DNA of 64,000 nucleotides from Escherichia coli (GTDB lineage Bacteria; Pseudomonadota; Gammaproteobacteria; Enterobacterales; Enterobacteriaceae): NCBI RefSeq assembly GCF_030013205.1, contig NZ_CP122648.1; one strand, 5' to 3'. Shown piece by piece: positions 1 to 12,897 of this stretch (position 1 is its first letter; each line of letters starts with the position of its first letter). The notes under the pieces were generated by a model. It saw only the letters and a program-made list of their open reading frames with translations, ran no database searches and was not told where the DNA came from. The position numbers and the translations under genes were made by a program.

Positions 1-109
1 TTATTTTCATCACTATTATTTATGCAATCATCCTGTCAGGGAGAGGGATCTCAATTATCAATGCTTAATTACGTCAACATTTTGACGACATGAAACCGGA
101 GCATTTTGC

Positions 110-1765
110 ATGGAATTTTCGTTTTCACCCAAACTTCTTGTTGTGGCTGTCGCCGCCGCTCTTCCACTCATGGCCAACGCAGCAGATACCCCGTCAACCG
201 CCACCGCACGCAAAGGCTTTGCCGGATACGATCACCCAAACCAGTATCTGGTTAAACCGGCGACCACTATTGCCGACAACATGATGCCTGTGATGCAGCA
301 TCCTGCACAAGACAAAGAAACCCAGCAGAAGCTGGCAGAACTTGAGAAAAAAACCGGTAAGAAACCGAACGTGGTTGTTTTCTTGCTGGATGATGTGGGC
401 TGGATGGATGTTGGCTTTAACGGCGGCGGCGTGGCGGTGGGTAACCCTACACCAGATATCGACGCCGTTGCCAGCCAGGGGCTGATTTTAACTTCGGCGT
501 ATTCTCAACCGAGTTCTTCCCCAACCCGCGCCACGATTCTTACCGGACAATACTCCATCCACCACGGCATTCTGATGCCGCCAATGTACGGGCAACCGGG
601 CGGTCTGCAAGGGTTAACCACTCTGCCGCAGTTGCTGCACGATCAGGGCTACGTCACTCAGGCCATCGGGAAATGGCATATGGGGGAAAACAAAGAGTCG
701 CAGCCGCAGAACGTTGGCTTTGATGATTTCCGCGGCTTTAACTCGGTATCCGATATGTATACCGAATGGCGTGATGTTCACGTCAACCCGGAAGTCGCCC
801 TGAGCCCGGATCGTTCTGAATACATCCAAAAACTGCCGTTCAGCAAAGATGACGTTCATGCCGTGCGCGGCGGTGAACAGGAAGCCATTGCCGACATTAC
901 GCCGAAATATATGGAAGACCTGGATCAACGCTGGATGGAATATGGCGTTAAGTTCCTCGACAAGATGGCGAAGAGCGATAAGCCTTTCTTCCTCTACTAC
1001 GGCACTCGCGGCTGTCACTTCGATAACTACCCAAATGCGAAATATGCGGGTAGCTCTCCGGCGCGCACCTCTTACGGCGACTGCATGGTGGAGATGAACG
1101 ATATCTTCGCCAATCTGTATAAAGCACTGGAGAAAAACGGTCAGCTTGATAACACGCTGATTGTGTTCACCTCTGATAACGGTCCGGAAGCCGAAGTTCC
1201 GCCGCACGGTCGCACACCGTTCCGCGGTGCGAAAGGTTCTACATGGGAAGGCGGCGTTCGTGTGCCAACCTTCGTTTACTGGAAAGGCATGATCCAACCG
1301 CGTAAATCTGACGGTATTGTCGATCTGGCGGATCTCTTCCCAACCGCGCTGGATCTGGCGGGGCATCCTGGAGCGAAAGTGGCGAATTTAGTGCCGAAAA
1401 CCACCTTTATCGATGGTGTGGACCAGACATCTTTCTTCCTGGGAACAAATGGTCAGTCTAACCGTAAGGCCGAGCACTACTTCCTCAACGGTAAACTCGC
1501 TGCTGTGCGTATGGATGAGTTCAAGTATCACGTCCTGATTCAGCAACCTTACGCGTATACCCAGAGCGGGTATCAGGGTGGATTCACCGGCACAGTAATG
1601 CAAACGGCGGGATCGTCGGTGTTTAACCTGTACACCGATCCGCAGGAAAGCGACTCTATCGGCGTGCGCCATATCCCAATGGGTGTACCGCTACAGACCG
1701 AAATGCATGCGTATATGGAGATCCTGAAAAAATATCCACCACGCGCGCAGATTAAATCTGATTAA
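110..1765 (+). CDS. aslA: arylsulfatase AslA
   Basis: 551-aa ORF with signal-peptide-like N-terminus ([24 protein letters not shown]); recognised as AslA from memory, sulfatase family. Confidence 0.85.
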   Translation: MEFSFSPKLLVVAVAAALPLMANAADTPSTATARKGFAGYDHPNQYLVKPATTIADNMMPVMQHPAQDKETQQKLAELEKKTGKKPNVVVFLLDDVGWMDVGFNGGGVAVGNPTPDIDAVASQGLILTSAYSQPSSSPTRATILTGQYSIHHGILMPPMYGQPGGLQGLTTLPQLLHDQGYVTQAIGKWHMGENKESQPQNVGFDDFRGFNSVSDMYTEWRDVHVNPEVALSPDRSEYIQKLPFSKDDVHAVRGGEQEAIADITPKYMEDLDQRWMEYGVKFLDKMAKSDKPFFLYYGTRGCHFDNYPNAKYAGSSPARTSYGDCMVEMNDIFANLYKALEKNGQLDNTLIVFTSDNGPEAEVPPHGRTPFRGAKGSTWEGGVRVPTFVYWKGMIQPRKSDGIVDLADLFPTALDLAGHPGAKVANLVPKTTFIDGVDQTSFFLGTNGQSNRKAEHYFLNGKLAAVRMDEFKYHVLIQQPYAYTQSGYQGGFTGTVMQTAGSSVFNLYTDPQESDSIGVRHIPMGVPLQTEMHAYMEILKKYPPRAQIKSD

Positions 1766-1801
1766 GCCGGCGCTATCGCTACATCGGGCCACACTGACCT
1801 T

Positions 1802-1831
1802 GCCGGATGCGGCGTGAACGCCTTATCCGGC
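1802..1831. repeat. REP (repetitive extragenic palindromic) element between convergent aslA and aslB
   Basis: GCCGGATGCGGCGTGAACGCCTTATCCGGC, the classic REP consensus. Confidence 0.6.
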
Positions 1832-1867
1832 AATCAACCGCAGGCGGCCACAAAATGGCCGCTTTTT

Positions 1868-3103
1868 TTACTTATTCACCACCATCAAATGCGCCTGCAT
1901 AATGTCGCTGGCCGGACGACCGTGCGCCAGCAAATCAGCCATTGCTTTAAGATATGGCGGTAGATGGCGGAAATAACGCTGATACCCGGCACACAAATAA
2001 TTCAGCCCCGGTTTGCCGCTGGCATCGAGCATAAAGCGGTGTTTCGGACAGCCTCCCCAGCACGCTTTTAACACGTTGCAACTGCGACACTGCGCCGGTA
2101 ACTGCTTAAATTTATCTTCACCAAACACCTGCTGTTGCGGGGAATCTACCATTTCTGCAATTGTCTGCTGAAGCATATTCCCCAGTCGATATTGCGGATA
2201 AACATAGTGATCGCAGGCGTAAACGTCACCGTTGTGCTCAACAATCACCGAGCGCCCACAGGTTGGCTGATGATGGCAAACCGCACCTGGCGCACCAACA
2301 AAATTGGCAAACGCCCATTCGATATTCATCACGAAAATCTTGCCGACGTCGCGTTTGATCCAGTGGTCGAATATCGCCACCAAAAATTCACCGAACTCAT
2401 CGGGGCGTACCGACCATTCCGTCAGTTCGCCCTGAATATCGCCGGGAGCATGTAGCTTAAGTCCAGCATGAGCAGCCGTTTCATCAGCCAGGCGCTCGAC
2501 CACCGGAATAAACTGGATGAACTCAGCGCCTGCATCACACAGAAAATCATAGACTTGCAAAGGTTGTAACGCACTGGTGCGATTAACGCAGACCAGCACG
2601 TTATAGTCGACATGATGTTTTTGCAGGAGCATCAGGGCACGCATCACCAGCTTATGCGTTGGTCTGCCGCCTTTGGTCACGCGATATTGATTGTGGATCT
2701 CAGCCGGACCATCCAGCGATAACCCAACAAGAAAATGATTTTCTGCCAGAAACGCACACCATTCGTCATCAAGCAGAACGCCGTTAGTCTGGAAGCTGTT
2801 ACTTATCTTCCTGCCAGCACCATATTTCGTCTGTAGCGCCACGGCACGGCGGTAAAAATCCAGCCCGAGTAACGTTGGTTCGCCGCCCTGCCAGGTAAAA
2901 GCCACTTCGTTTTGGGTTTCGCTGGCAGCGATATAGTGACGGACATACGCTTCCAGCGTGTCATCGTCCATATGCGTGACTGGCTTTTCGCGGTAAAGGG
3001 ATTGTTTTTCGAGATAAAAACAGTAGTCACAGTTCAGATTACAATCGGAACCGCTCGGTTTCGCCATCACATGAAAAGCACGCGTTGGAACCTGTTGCAG
3101 CAT
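1868..3103 (-). CDS. aslB: anaerobic sulfatase-maturating enzyme (radical SAM)
   Basis: ORF with CxxxCxxC motif (CNLNCDYCFY); start set at MLQQVPTRAF, 10 codons inside the 421-aa track ORF. Confidence 0.85.
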   Translation of the reverse strand: MLQQVPTRAFHVMAKPSGSDCNLNCDYCFYLEKQSLYREKPVTHMDDDTLEAYVRHYIAASETQNEVAFTWQGGEPTLLGLDFYRRAVALQTKYGAGRKISNSFQTNGVLLDDEWCAFLAENHFLVGLSLDGPAEIHNQYRVTKGGRPTHKLVMRALMLLQKHHVDYNVLVCVNRTSALQPLQVYDFLCDAGAEFIQFIPVVERLADETAAHAGLKLHAPGDIQGELTEWSVRPDEFGEFLVAIFDHWIKRDVGKIFVMNIEWAFANFVGAPGAVCHHQPTCGRSVIVEHNGDVYACDHYVYPQYRLGNMLQQTIAEMVDSPQQQVFGEDKFKQLPAQCRSCNVLKACWGGCPKHRFMLDASGKPGLNYLCAGYQRYFRHLPPYLKAMADLLAHGRPASDIMQAHLMVVNK

Positions 3104-3249
3104 GGTCGCTCCTTGCCTGAAGTCATCCTTCAATAAGTTAAGGGCGAAATCATACCGTGGCGCAATGAGTTATTACGGGCGTTTATTGCGAAGGGAAAGT
3201 GACGAAATGCACAGAAAACAAAAAACCCCGCCGAAGCGGGGTTCAAAAT

Positions 3250-3326
3250 TGGTCGGCGAGAGAGGATTCGAACCTCCGACCCACTGGTCCCAAACCAGTT
3301 GCGCTACCAAGCTGCGCTACTCGCCG
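3250..3326 (-). tRNA. proM: tRNA-Pro
   Basis: reverse complement matches the E. coli tRNA-Pro sequence as I recall it, ending CCA. Confidence 0.85.
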
Positions 3327-3368
3327 AAATACTGCTTTTTGAATTTTTAGTTCAATTCTTTAAAGTCG

Positions 3369-3455
3369 TGGTGCGAGGGGGGGGACTTGAACCCCCACGT
3401 CCGTAAGGACACTAACACCTGAAGCTAGCGCGTCTACCAATTCCGCCACCTTCGC
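3369..3455 (-). tRNA. leuT: tRNA-Leu
   Basis: 87-nt long-variable-arm tRNA; reverse complement starts GCGAAGGTGGCGGAATTGGTAGACGCG. Confidence 0.85.
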
Positions 3456-3475
3456 ATTGTCACAACTTCTAATAA

Positions 3476-3552
3476 TGGGGTGGCTAATGGGATTCGAACC
3501 CACGACAACTGGAATCACAATCCAGGGCTCTACCAACTGAGCTATAGCCACC
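3476..3552 (-). tRNA. hisR: tRNA-His
   Basis: reverse complement starts GGTGGCTATAGCTCAGTTGGTAGAGC, with GTG anticodon region and CCA end. Confidence 0.85.
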
Positions 3553-3609
3553 ACTACAAATCTTGTTACGCGGTATTACTACCACCGCAGCTCAAGCGCC
3601 GGGACTAAA

Positions 3610-3686
<77 letters not shown>

Positions 3687-3788
3687 TTAGCGCCGTTGCG
3701 GGGGTGGATAATACGGACTTCCCACCCCTCTGTCTAGTCCCTTTTTAAATAAATTGCGCGTTTGGTTACGGTTTGTGCGTTTTGCTGC

Positions 3789-5174
3789 TTATTCCTCCAG
3801 TTTATGCGCTTTACCGTGGCGATTAAGCCCAAAAATTTTATAAATCGCCGTCACCGCCAGCATAAAGATGATGCCGACAAACAGCGACATACGCGTATCT
3901 TCATTAAAGTACATGCCGATCAAAACGCAAATCAGGAATGCCATTGTTACGTAGTTGGCCCACGGGAACAGGATTGAGCGGAACGGATGGCTGGCAATCG
4001 CCGCTTTATGTGCACGCCGAAAACGCAGCTGGCTTATCAATATCACAAACCATGGCACCATCCCCGGAAGCACGCTGGCACTGTAGACGTAGACAAACAC
4101 ACGCTGCGGATTGGGAATGATGTAGTTCAGGCATGAGCCAATTAGCAGAATAGCAATAGATACTGCCACACCCGCAACCGGTACGCCGTGACGGGAAACT
4201 TTCGCCATCGCCGCCGGTAACTGACGGTTTTTCGCCAGTGCGTAGAGCATACGTCCGCAACTGTACATGCCGCTGTTACAGCCAGAGAGCGCAGCCGTCA
4301 GCACCACAAAGTTGATAATACCCGCCGCTGCGGTAATGCCGATTTTGGCGAAAGTCAGTACGAACGGGCTGCCGTTGCTGCCTATTTCATTCCACGGGAA
4401 GATGGTGACGATAACGAAAATCGCGCCTACGTAGAAAATCAGGATTCGCCACAGCACCTTGCCTACGGCACTGCGCAGCGTCACCTGCGGATTCTTCGCT
4501 TCACCGGCAGTAATGCCAATCAGCTCCACGCCCTGGTAGGACGCCACCACAATACACAGCGCGGTCAGGAACCCTTTCCAGCCCCCCGCAAAGAAACCGC
4601 CATGCTCTGTGAGATTGCTAAAACCAATCGACTGCCCGCCATTGCCAAAGCCAAAGAAAATCACGCCCAGGCCAATGACAATCATCACGATAATCGTGGT
4701 GACTTTGATCATCGCGAACCAGAACTCGATTTCGCCGTACAACCGCACCGCCGCCAGATTCGCCAACGCCACCAGCGCCACCGCGATCAATGCGGGTATC
4801 CACTGCGCCATCTCCGGGAACCAGAACTGGACATAAACGCCAATGGCGGTGATTTCTGAGATCCCCACCGCCATCCACATAAACCAGTAAGACCAGGCTG
4901 TGAGATAGCCAAAGAACGGGCTCATATAACGATGCGCATAAACGGCGAACGAACCGGTAACCGGTTCGAGGAATAACATTTCGCCCATTGAACGCATGAT
5001 GAAAAAGACGAACAGCCCGGCGATGATATAGGCCAACAATACGGATGGCCCGGCCCATTTCAGGGTACTGGCGGCCCCCATAAACAGGCCGACGCCAATG
5101 GTGCCCCCCAGGGCGATGAGTTCGATATGTCGAGCTTCCAGCCCACGCTGTAGCTCTGGTTTGTTATCTGCCAT
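3789..5174 (-). CDS. yifK: amino acid permease (APC family)
   Basis: 461-aa multi-pass membrane ORF recognised as YifK. Confidence 0.85.
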   Translation of the reverse strand: MADNKPELQRGLEARHIELIALGGTIGVGLFMGAASTLKWAGPSVLLAYIIAGLFVFFIMRSMGEMLFLEPVTGSFAVYAHRYMSPFFGYLTAWSYWFMWMAVGISEITAIGVYVQFWFPEMAQWIPALIAVALVALANLAAVRLYGEIEFWFAMIKVTTIIVMIVIGLGVIFFGFGNGGQSIGFSNLTEHGGFFAGGWKGFLTALCIVVASYQGVELIGITAGEAKNPQVTLRSAVGKVLWRILIFYVGAIFVIVTIFPWNEIGSNGSPFVLTFAKIGITAAAGIINFVVLTAALSGCNSGMYSCGRMLYALAKNRQLPAAMAKVSRHGVPVAGVAVSIAILLIGSCLNYIIPNPQRVFVYVYSASVLPGMVPWFVILISQLRFRRAHKAAIASHPFRSILFPWANYVTMAFLICVLIGMYFNEDTRMSLFVGIIFMLAVTAIYKIFGLNRHGKAHKLEE

Positions 5175-5364
5175 AAATCCTCGTGTTGTGTTTGCATGCT
5201 TTCCGGTGTTACCGGTTATCGTTATGGGTACATCGAGTGTTGCGAATGTTTTCGTAATTCAGGAGAAATGGCAAATAAAGCATTAAAAATTTGAATGCTT
5301 TGTGTAATAAAAAAGCAGGAAGGCGACGAAGTGACCACTCCGTCGCTTTACAGAGAGAGGAAAA

Positions 5365-6105
5365 TCAGAGGTTGCCGGTGTAATGCCAGCGTAAATAACG
5401 CAGCAAACGAAGCTGACGCTTAATGCGGCTCGGCTGCGAAAGCAGGCGGTAGAGCCACTCCAGCCCCAGCGTTTGCCAGATTTTCGGTGCGCGTTTCACG
5501 TGACCGGTGAAAACATCGTAAGTCCCGCCAACGCCCATATACAGCGCATCTGGATGCACCAGACGGCAGTCGCGCATGAAGATCTCCTGCTTTGGCGATC
5601 CCATCGCAACGGTGACGATTTGCGCTCCGCTGGCATGAATGCGTTCAAACAGCGCCTGACGCTGCTCGGGTTTAAAATAACCATCCTGGCTGCCAACGAT
5701 ATTCACATTCCACTGGTTGCGCAGTTTAGCTTCAGTTTGCGCCAGCACTTCAGGTTTACCGCCCACAAGAAATACCGGTGTCCCTTCTTTGCCTGCGCGC
5801 GCCATCAGCTCTTCCCAGAGATCCGCCCCGGCAACGCGGGAAACCTGCGCCTGCGGGTACTTTTTACGTACTGAACGTACAACGCTGATGCCATCCGCAT
5901 ATTTAAATTCGGCAGCGTTAATTAACTCCCTGACCTCGGCGTTATCTTCAATGGTCAGCATTTTTTCAGCATTAATGGCAACCAGCGTTCCCTGCTTAAG
6001 CTGCCCGTCAGCGAACAGATAATCGAGGGCGTGCTGCATATCACGCCAACCGATCAACTGTAAGCCACGCAGCGTATAGGTCGGTGCCGTGGTGTTGTTA
6101 TTCAT
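5365..6105 (-). CDS. wecG: UDP-N-acetyl-D-mannosaminuronic acid transferase (ECA)
   Basis: 246-aa ORF, WecG/TagA family; last gene of the ECA cluster. Confidence 0.85.
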
Positions 6106-6107
6106 TG

Positions 6108-7460
6108 TTATCCTTCAACCTGCGTCCGGAGCGATGATTTTGTTCGTTTATGAATGAGTCCGGCGCTTTCAAAAAGCCAGTACAACAGTTTTGCGATCAT
6201 CAGACATGCGCCGAAGACCACGATAAAAAAGACCACGCGTGAGACAAACGAATCCAGCCCTTCACGTGCCAGCACGATCATATTGAAGATCGCCCCGAAG
6301 CAGAAACTGTGCAATATCGCAGCCTTATAGCGATTAGTCTCGCGGTTGCCCAGCTCATACAGCCAGTCGAACCATTTGATGATCAGGCCAACCACAATCG
6401 CCCCGAGCGGGATGAACAACGCGCCGCCCATCACCACCAGTGAGCCTATAAGCGTAGGCGAGATCGCCAGCCCGGAGTGGTTATTCAGCACTTCCCAGGT
6501 AAAGTAGTTGGCGGTGTTCAGTACCATACTCGGGCGACCCGGCCACAGCCAGGAAGGGATAAAGACATAGAAATCGCGGACAATGGGAGCCAGACCCTGG
6601 AAGTCGATGTTGTCGTAGTTCTGCAACAGCAATGCCAGATTCTCCCACGGCGAAAAGGTATCGCGGGTGAGATAGAGAAACGTATAGAACGCTTCATCAC
6701 CGCTCACATTCATTCCATAGCGTTTTAGCGCCAGCCAGAACATGCCCACAATCCCCAGCACGCCCGCCGCCGCCAGCATCCACAACGAAATCCAGCCGCG
6801 AATAATGCCAATAAACAGGAAGATAGCGAATGCGATGATGATATTGGCACGAGTGCCGCCGACAATCATATAAGTCAGCAAGCCAAAGGCGACCGTGCTG
6901 ACGAGGAAAAACAGCCACGCTTTGCTGTCCTGGCGCAGAAAGTAGACCACCAGCATCGCCGGGATGAAAAAGTAAAAGAAGCGTTTTAACGCCACGCCGG
7001 AGACTTCACTGGAGAAGATCTGACTGTAGGAGTTAAGCCGGAACAGCAAAAAGCCGTTGTGCATGAAGAAGATGCCGACGCTTACCAGCGCGACGCCCAT
7101 CAGGATCACCCACGTGAGATTGGTCTCCACGCGGTTCATGGTAAACAGCGGACGGCGCGGTACATCGGCAACGCGTTTGCGTAGGCGGGTTTTGTAGGTG
7201 ACGTAGTAAACCGCGTAGAAGCAGCCCGCAGAAAGCAACGCCTGCAACAAGATTTCTGGCGGCGCGACACCAACATCAAAGCGAAATACCAGCACGCTGG
7301 TCAGCGGGAAGCCGAAGAAAAAGGTGAGCAAAAACAGCAATGAAAAGAAGACATTGAAGTTAAAACGCACACGGCGAAACTCAAACCAGGTCAGCGTGGC
7401 AATAAACAGCGTGCAGAGCAGCCAGACAACAAACAGGCCACTGAATTGCAGCAGACTCAT
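6108..7460 (-). CDS. wzyE: ECA polymerase
   Basis: 450-aa polytopic membrane ORF in the conserved position. Confidence 0.85.
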
Positions 7461-8536
7461 GCAACCTCCCCGGCGGCAATCGCCAACGCCCGCTGCCAGC
7501 CTTGCAGATAGTTCGGGCTAAAGAAGGCAATGGTGTTTTTATCCACCGACGCCAACTGGCGCTGCGCTTCACGCACAATATCCTCGTTGAGATCGTCGGT
7601 AGTAAACAGCACCGGCAAATGCTGTTCCGTCATATCCTGCCAGAACGGATTTTCCCGGTTAAGCACACAAGGAATGCCCGCCTGAATTAGTAAGCACAGC
7701 GTACCAATGCCCTGCTGGCGGGCAAAAATAAAGTAACCAAGATCGCACTGACGAAGTAGCGCCAGATAGGCGTCAAATTCCAGTTTTTCGTTCAGAATTT
7801 GCAGATTTTCTTCGCTGAATAACGCCAGCCCCGCCTGACGAACTTCCTCGATGTACGCTTCGTTATTAGGCGGATATCCCATCGGCACCACCACTTTTAC
7901 CGTATCGCCAAATTGCTGATGAACGGCGCGCAAGGCAGCAATATGCTCATTGCTGCGGTCGCCGGAGTTCCCCACCAGAATGGTCATTTTCCCTTTACGT
8001 TGCCGATCATTCGCCATCATATTGAGTGAAGGGTCCATCCGCGTCGGGAAGTACAGCAGTTCGCCCCGCACCTTTGGATGCGTTTTGGCAAAAAAGCTCA
8101 AATCGCCGCGGGTGGCAAATACACAGCCGACTCGCTTTTGCGCCAGGCGACGTAGTGGGTAAAAAAGCTTATATCTCAAGCCACTGGAAAGCTCGTACAG
8201 GTCTGCCCCCCAGATATGCCAGTAAAACTGGCTGGGCTTAATGCCACCACTCAGCAGAGCCAGCCACAGTGTGGGATTGAACTGACCGTGGAAGAAAAAA
8301 CGCTGCTGACGGTTAGCTTTTGCTTTCGCGATGACCGCTTCCGCCAGCGATTTTTTCCCAGGGAAAAATTGCACAGAAAGCGCCGGACAGCTATCACTTA
8401 AGCCGTCGTCCTTGCCAACAACCATAAACTCGCGCGCGTGCTCGCTCGTCGCGGCCAGCGCGTCGTTGAAAAACCGCAGAACGGTTCGGTTATGGTGAGG
8501 GATATCCGATCCCAGTACGTGAATCAGTACAGTCAT
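7457..8536 (-). CDS. wecF: TDP-Fuc4NAc:lipid II Fuc4NAc transferase
   Basis: 359-aa ORF; 4-bp overlaps with both neighbours (operon coupling). Confidence 0.85.
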   Translation of the reverse strand: MTVLIHVLGSDIPHHNRTVLRFFNDALAATSEHAREFMVVGKDDGLSDSCPALSVQFFPGKKSLAEAVIAKAKANRQQRFFFHGQFNPTLWLALLSGGIKPSQFYWHIWGADLYELSSGLRYKLFYPLRRLAQKRVGCVFATRGDLSFFAKTHPKVRGELLYFPTRMDPSLNMMANDRQRKGKMTILVGNSGDRSNEHIAALRAVHQQFGDTVKVVVPMGYPPNNEAYIEEVRQAGLALFSEENLQILNEKLEFDAYLALLRQCDLGYFIFARQQGIGTLCLLIQAGIPCVLNRENPFWQDMTEQHLPVLFTTDDLNEDIVREAQRQLASVDKNTIAFFSPNYLQGWQRALAIAAGEVA

Positions 8537-9783
8537 GCCCGCCTACGCCAGAGTAAAAACACGCCACAACAAAGAGAAAAATAGACGATATAGGTTGCCA
8601 TATAGGCCTGCGCCGCGCCCAGTGCACCATGCGCAGGGATTAGCCAGTGGGCAAATACCATCAATAAAGTGAACTGGCTGACTTCCGCCAGAATATAAAA
8701 CCGCAGTGACGCTTTGGCGATCACCAGATAACCAAAGACATAAGCGCCCACTTTTAACACATCACCCACTAACTGCCAGGCAAAGAGATCGCGCATAGCG
8801 GTAAATTTATTCGACAACAGCAGCCAGATAGCAAAATCACGCAGCAACCAGACGGTAAAACTCGCCGCCGCCACTGCCGGTAAGACGAATTTCAGCGATT
8901 TAACCACTTCCCGGGTGATATCGCGCTTTTCCGTTAGCCGCGACAACGTGGGCAGCAAATATACGCTGAACGATGCCGTAATAAATTGCAGGTAGGCATC
9001 GGAAATACTGCTCACCCCTTGCCAGATCCCCACCTCATCCCAGCTATACTGCGCCGCCAGCAGTTTACGCATCATGATGTAAGCAACAGGCAAGGTCACC
9101 GACGTAATCAACGCCATGAGCGTAAATTTGCTCAACTGCCCTGCCAGGCCGTTATCCCAGCTGGGTTTCAGATAGCTTAACGGGATTGCACCACGCTTAA
9201 TTAGCATGATGACGGCAGGAATCACCACCAGCGCGGGAATCAGCGCCAGACCCAGCAACGCCCCTTCATAACCGCCCAAACGGTAACTGACGTAGTACGC
9301 AAAAACGCCAATCAAGCTGCCGACAATCAGGGATAACGCATTACCTGCGGCATCGCGAAAGCCTTTCATCAACGCCAGTAACAGGTTGCCCCAGGCAATC
9401 CCCATTTGCACCAGCGCCACTAAACGCACCAGTCCCTGATAGTCGGTATTACCAAACAATCCCTGGCTGATTGGCGCTGCTGCCAGCACAAAAACCAGCG
9501 CCATTAGCGTAGAGAAGCCAAGTACCATCGCTGATGAAGTGCCGACCACGCGGCGCAGCTGTTGGGGATTATCATGGTACTGAGCAACGTATTTGGTTAC
9601 GCCATTAAAGATGCCAGCCCCGGCAAGCACGCCGAGCACGGTAATCAACTGGCGGAAATTTGCCGCCAGCCCAAGCCCCGCCGGACCAAATGACACCGCC
9701 AGCAACTTACCGACCAGTAACCCGGCACCAATCTTGACCAGTGTACTGGCCGCCGTCCACAAGGACGCTTTTGCCAACGACAT
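8533..9783 (-). CDS. wzxE: ECA lipid III flippase
   Basis: 416-aa polytopic membrane ORF. Confidence 0.85.
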   Translation of the reverse strand: MSLAKASLWTAASTLVKIGAGLLVGKLLAVSFGPAGLGLAANFRQLITVLGVLAGAGIFNGVTKYVAQYHDNPQQLRRVVGTSSAMVLGFSTLMALVFVLAAAPISQGLFGNTDYQGLVRLVALVQMGIAWGNLLLALMKGFRDAAGNALSLIVGSLIGVFAYYVSYRLGGYEGALLGLALIPALVVIPAVIMLIKRGAIPLSYLKPSWDNGLAGQLSKFTLMALITSVTLPVAYIMMRKLLAAQYSWDEVGIWQGVSSISDAYLQFITASFSVYLLPTLSRLTEKRDITREVVKSLKFVLPAVAAASFTVWLLRDFAIWLLLSNKFTAMRDLFAWQLVGDVLKVGAYVFGYLVIAKASLRFYILAEVSQFTLLMVFAHWLIPAHGALGAAQAYMATYIVYFSLCCGVFLLWRRRA

Positions 9784-9784
9784 A

Positions 9785-10915
9785 TCAGGAGAAGTAGTTC
9801 AACAAAGTCGCAATTACCGTACGCTGATTGACGGGCGACAGGTTGTAGAACAGCGGCAGGCGCAGCAGGCGCTCACTCTCTTTGGTGGTGTAGCGATCTT
9901 CACCGTGGAACTCACCAAAGCGTTCCCCCGCAGGGCAACCGTGCAGCGGAATGTAATGGAACACCGCCATGATTTCCGCTTCTTTCAGAAAGTTAATCAA
10001 CGCGCTCCGGTCATCAATATCCCGCAGTTTAATGTAGAACATATGCGCGTTCTGCACGCAGCCATCGGGAATCGACGGCAGCTCGATACGCCCGGCTTTC
10101 GCCAGAGGTGCTAACGCATCGTAGTAGTTTTGCCACAGCGCCAGACGTTGCTGATTGATACGATCTGCTGCTTCCAGTTGCGCCCACAGGTACGCAGCTT
10201 GCAGATCGGACATCAAATAGCTGGAGCCGATATCGCGCCAGGTATATTTATCGACCTGACCACGGAAGAACTGGCTGCGGTTTGTGCCTTTTTCACGGAT
10301 GATCTCGGCTCGTTCGATCAACGCTTTATCGTTAATCAGCGTCGCGCCGCCTTCACCGCCCGCCGTGTAGTTTTTGGTTTCATGGAAGCTAAAGCAGCCA
10401 ATATGACCAATGGTTCCCAGTGCACGCCCTTTGTAAGTGGACATCACGCCCTGAGCAGCATCTTCCACCACAAACAGATTATGCTTTTTCGCCAACGCCA
10501 TAATGGTGTCCATTTCGCAGGCCACACCCGCGTAATGGACCGGCACGATAACGCGCGTTTTGTCGGTGATCGCTGCTTCAATCAACGTTTCGTCGATGTT
10601 CATGGTGTCCGGGCGAACATCCACAAAAACGATTTTTGCGCCACGCAGCACAAAGGCATTGGCAGTGGAGACAAAGGTGTAGCTCGGCATGATCACTTCA
10701 TCGCCAGGCTGGATATCGAGCAGCAGCGCCGCCATCTCCAGCGAAGCGGTGCAGGACGGCGTCAGTAACACTTTGGCGCTGCCAAAACGTTGCTCCAGCC
10801 ACTGCTGGCAGCGACGGGTAAAACCGCCATCGCCACACAGTTTGCCGCTACCCATTGCCGACTGCATATAGTCGAGTTCGGTTCCCACCACCGGCGGTGC
10901 GTTAAATGGAATCAT
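9785..10915 (-). CDS. wecE: dTDP-4-amino-4,6-dideoxygalactose transaminase (PLP-dependent)
   Basis: 376-aa ORF, DegT/DnrJ aminotransferase family. Confidence 0.85.
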   Translation of the reverse strand: MIPFNAPPVVGTELDYMQSAMGSGKLCGDGGFTRRCQQWLEQRFGSAKVLLTPSCTASLEMAALLLDIQPGDEVIMPSYTFVSTANAFVLRGAKIVFVDVRPDTMNIDETLIEAAITDKTRVIVPVHYAGVACEMDTIMALAKKHNLFVVEDAAQGVMSTYKGRALGTIGHIGCFSFHETKNYTAGGEGGATLINDKALIERAEIIREKGTNRSQFFRGQVDKYTWRDIGSSYLMSDLQAAYLWAQLEAADRINQQRLALWQNYYDALAPLAKAGRIELPSIPDGCVQNAHMFYIKLRDIDDRSALINFLKEAEIMAVFHYIPLHGCPAGERFGEFHGEDRYTTKESERLLRLPLFYNLSPVNQRTVIATLLNYFS

Positions 10916-10919
10916 GTGA

Positions 10920-11594
10920 TCACCTGTATAACCAGTACGCGGTGCTTTCTACATTCGCACCACTTTGTATGTATCGTTTAAGCGCGGCGGTGTTGCCCAT
11001 CTGGGTCGCCACCCGCAAAGTTGTTTTACCGCGAGCATACGCCCAGTTTAGCGCCGTTTGCATCAGCTCAGCACCTGCACCGCGTCCAGCCAGCAGGCCA
11101 ATTCGCGCATCTGTCGCATTGAGTTCCCGTAAAGAGACATAGCCGCGAATAGCGCCGGACGCCGCACGTAAAATCAGACATTGATGATCAAAGGTGCCGC
11201 GCACGGCATTTTCAATCCACTGTGCATAAAAGCGACCGCTGGCGTCAGGCGCATACCACGGCGCACGAAAACGGCTTTGCGCAAATGCGGCGCTGGCTAA
11301 CTGACGTAATGCGGGAATATCTGTCTCTTGTGCCACTTCTGCGCCGCTATCACCGACATTGTTCACGGGTAGCGCCAAATCAACTTCACCTTCTACCAGG
11401 GAGAATCCCAGCTGTTGCAGGGCATCCAGTTCACCCGTATTTGATGCCGCAATTTTGGCCTGCACCCGTGACCACGGCGCTAACGCGTCTGGCGTCAGGA
11501 GCGGTGCTTCAGACGTAATGCGCACAATGGCGCTGTTAACACCAAAGAAGGCGTTTTCCCAGGTTAGTGGCTCAATACTGGCGCGGACGGGCAT
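10920..11594 (-). CDS. wecD: dTDP-fucosamine acetyltransferase
   Basis: 224-aa ORF, GNAT-like, conserved position. Confidence 0.8.
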   Translation of the reverse strand: MPVRASIEPLTWENAFFGVNSAIVRITSEAPLLTPDALAPWSRVQAKIAASNTGELDALQQLGFSLVEGEVDLALPVNNVGDSGAEVAQETDIPALRQLASAAFAQSRFRAPWYAPDASGRFYAQWIENAVRGTFDHQCLILRAASGAIRGYVSLRELNATDARIGLLAGRGAGAELMQTALNWAYARGKTTLRVATQMGNTAALKRYIQSGANVESTAYWLYR

Positions 11595-11634
11595 TGTGTG
11601 ACTCCCTCAAAACAGTCATTCACGGTAATCAGTA

Positions 11635-12897
11635 TCAGCGCCAGACTCCTTTAGCATCGACGACATATTGCTGACGAACGTTGTCGCCGCTGATGGCTTT
11701 GAACTGGATATGATCGACCAGCATCACCAGCACGTCTGCCGTTGCCAGCGCCTCGTCAAGCTGCGCCAGAGTACAAAGCCCGGTCAGTTTTTTCGGCAAC
11801 TGGTGGATGTTAGGCTCAACAACCAGCGTTTCGCCGCTATGCCACTGGGCGATCAGTTCAGCGATTTCCATCGCCGGGCTTTCGCGCAGGTCATCAATAT
11901 TCGGTTTAAACGCCAGACCAAAGCAGGCGATTTTCAGTTCACTGGCGCGTTTATCGGTAGCAGCAAGGCAGTCGGCAACCGCCGCTTTCACCTGATCGAT
12001 AACCCAGAACGGTTTGTGATCGTTCACTTCGCGCGCAGTACGGATAAGCCGCGCCTGCTGGGGGTTCTGTGCCACGATAAACCACGGATCAACAGCGATG
12101 CAGTGACCGCCCACGCCAGGGCCAGGCTGAAGAATATTGACGCGAGGGTGGCGATTCGCCAGGCGAATCAGTTCCCAGACGTTAATTCCCTGATCGGCAC
12201 AAATCAGCGACAGTTCGTTAGCAAAAGCGATATTCACATCGCGGAAGCTGTTTTCGGTGAGCTTACACATTTCCGCCGTCCGCGAGTTAGTGACGACACA
12301 CTCACCTTCGAGGAAAATTTTGTACAGTTCGCTGGCGCGGGCCGAACAAACCGGCGTCATACCACCAATCACGCGATCGTTTTTAATCAGCTCGACCATT
12401 ACCTGGCCCGGTAACACGCGTTCCGGGCAGTAAGCAATGTTGACGTCCGCCTGCTCGCCCACCTGCTGCGGGAAAGTGAGATCTGGACGCATCTCTGCTA
12501 ACCATTCTGCCATCTTCTCGGTTGACCCCACCGGCGAGGTGGATTCAAGGATCACCAGCGCGCCTTTTTTCAGCACTGGCGCAATGGAGCGAGCAGCCGA
12601 TTCAACGTAGGTCATATCTGGCTCATGATCGCCTTTAAACGGCGTGGGTACAGCAATCAGCCAGGCATCCGCTTCAACTGGCGTCGTGCTCGCTCGTAAA
12701 AAACCGCCTTCTACGGCAGTTTTTACTACGCTCGCCAAATCAGGTTCGACGATATGGATTTCGCCACGATTGATGGTATCAACCGCATGTTTGTTGATAT
12801 CGACACCAATCACCTGTTTTTGCCGAGAGGCAAACGCAGCTGCTGTAGGCAGCCCGATGTAACCCAGTCCGATAACAGAAATGGTCGCAAAACTCAT
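11635..12897 (-). CDS. wecC: UDP-N-acetyl-D-mannosamine dehydrogenase
   Basis: 420-aa ORF with N-terminal Rossmann motif GLGYIGLP. Confidence 0.85.
   Translation of the reverse strand: MSFATISVIGLGYIGLPTAAAFASRQKQVIGVDINKHAVDTINRGEIHIVEPDLASVVKTAVEGGFLRASTTPVEADAWLIAVPTPFKGDHEPDMTYVESAARSIAPVLKKGALVILESTSPVGSTEKMAEWLAEMRPDLTFPQQVGEQADVNIAYCPERVLPGQVMVELIKNDRVIGGMTPVCSARASELYKIFLEGECVVTNSRTAEMCKLTENSFRDVNIAFANELSLICADQGINVWELIRLANRHPRVNILQPGPGVGGHCIAVDPWFIVAQNPQQARLIRTAREVNDHKPFWVIDQVKAAVADCLAATDKRASELKIACFGLAFKPNIDDLRESPAMEIAELIAQWHSGETLVVEPNIHQLPKKLTGLCTLAQLDEALATADVLVMLVDHIQFKAISGDNVRQQYVVDAKGVWR

Noticed and set aside
614-1366. 250-codon antisense ORF inside aslA, and similar long antisense frames inside wecC, ilvC, ilvA, ilvG, gppA and rep
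   Set aside because: Each is fully contained in a well-supported gene on the opposite strand; open antisense frames are common in GC-rich coding DNA.
3102-3554. Track ORFs overlapping the tRNA cluster (3102-3350 plus strand, 3360-3554 minus strand)
   Set aside because: They are read through tRNA genes and intergenic spacers and have no SD or protein-like composition.
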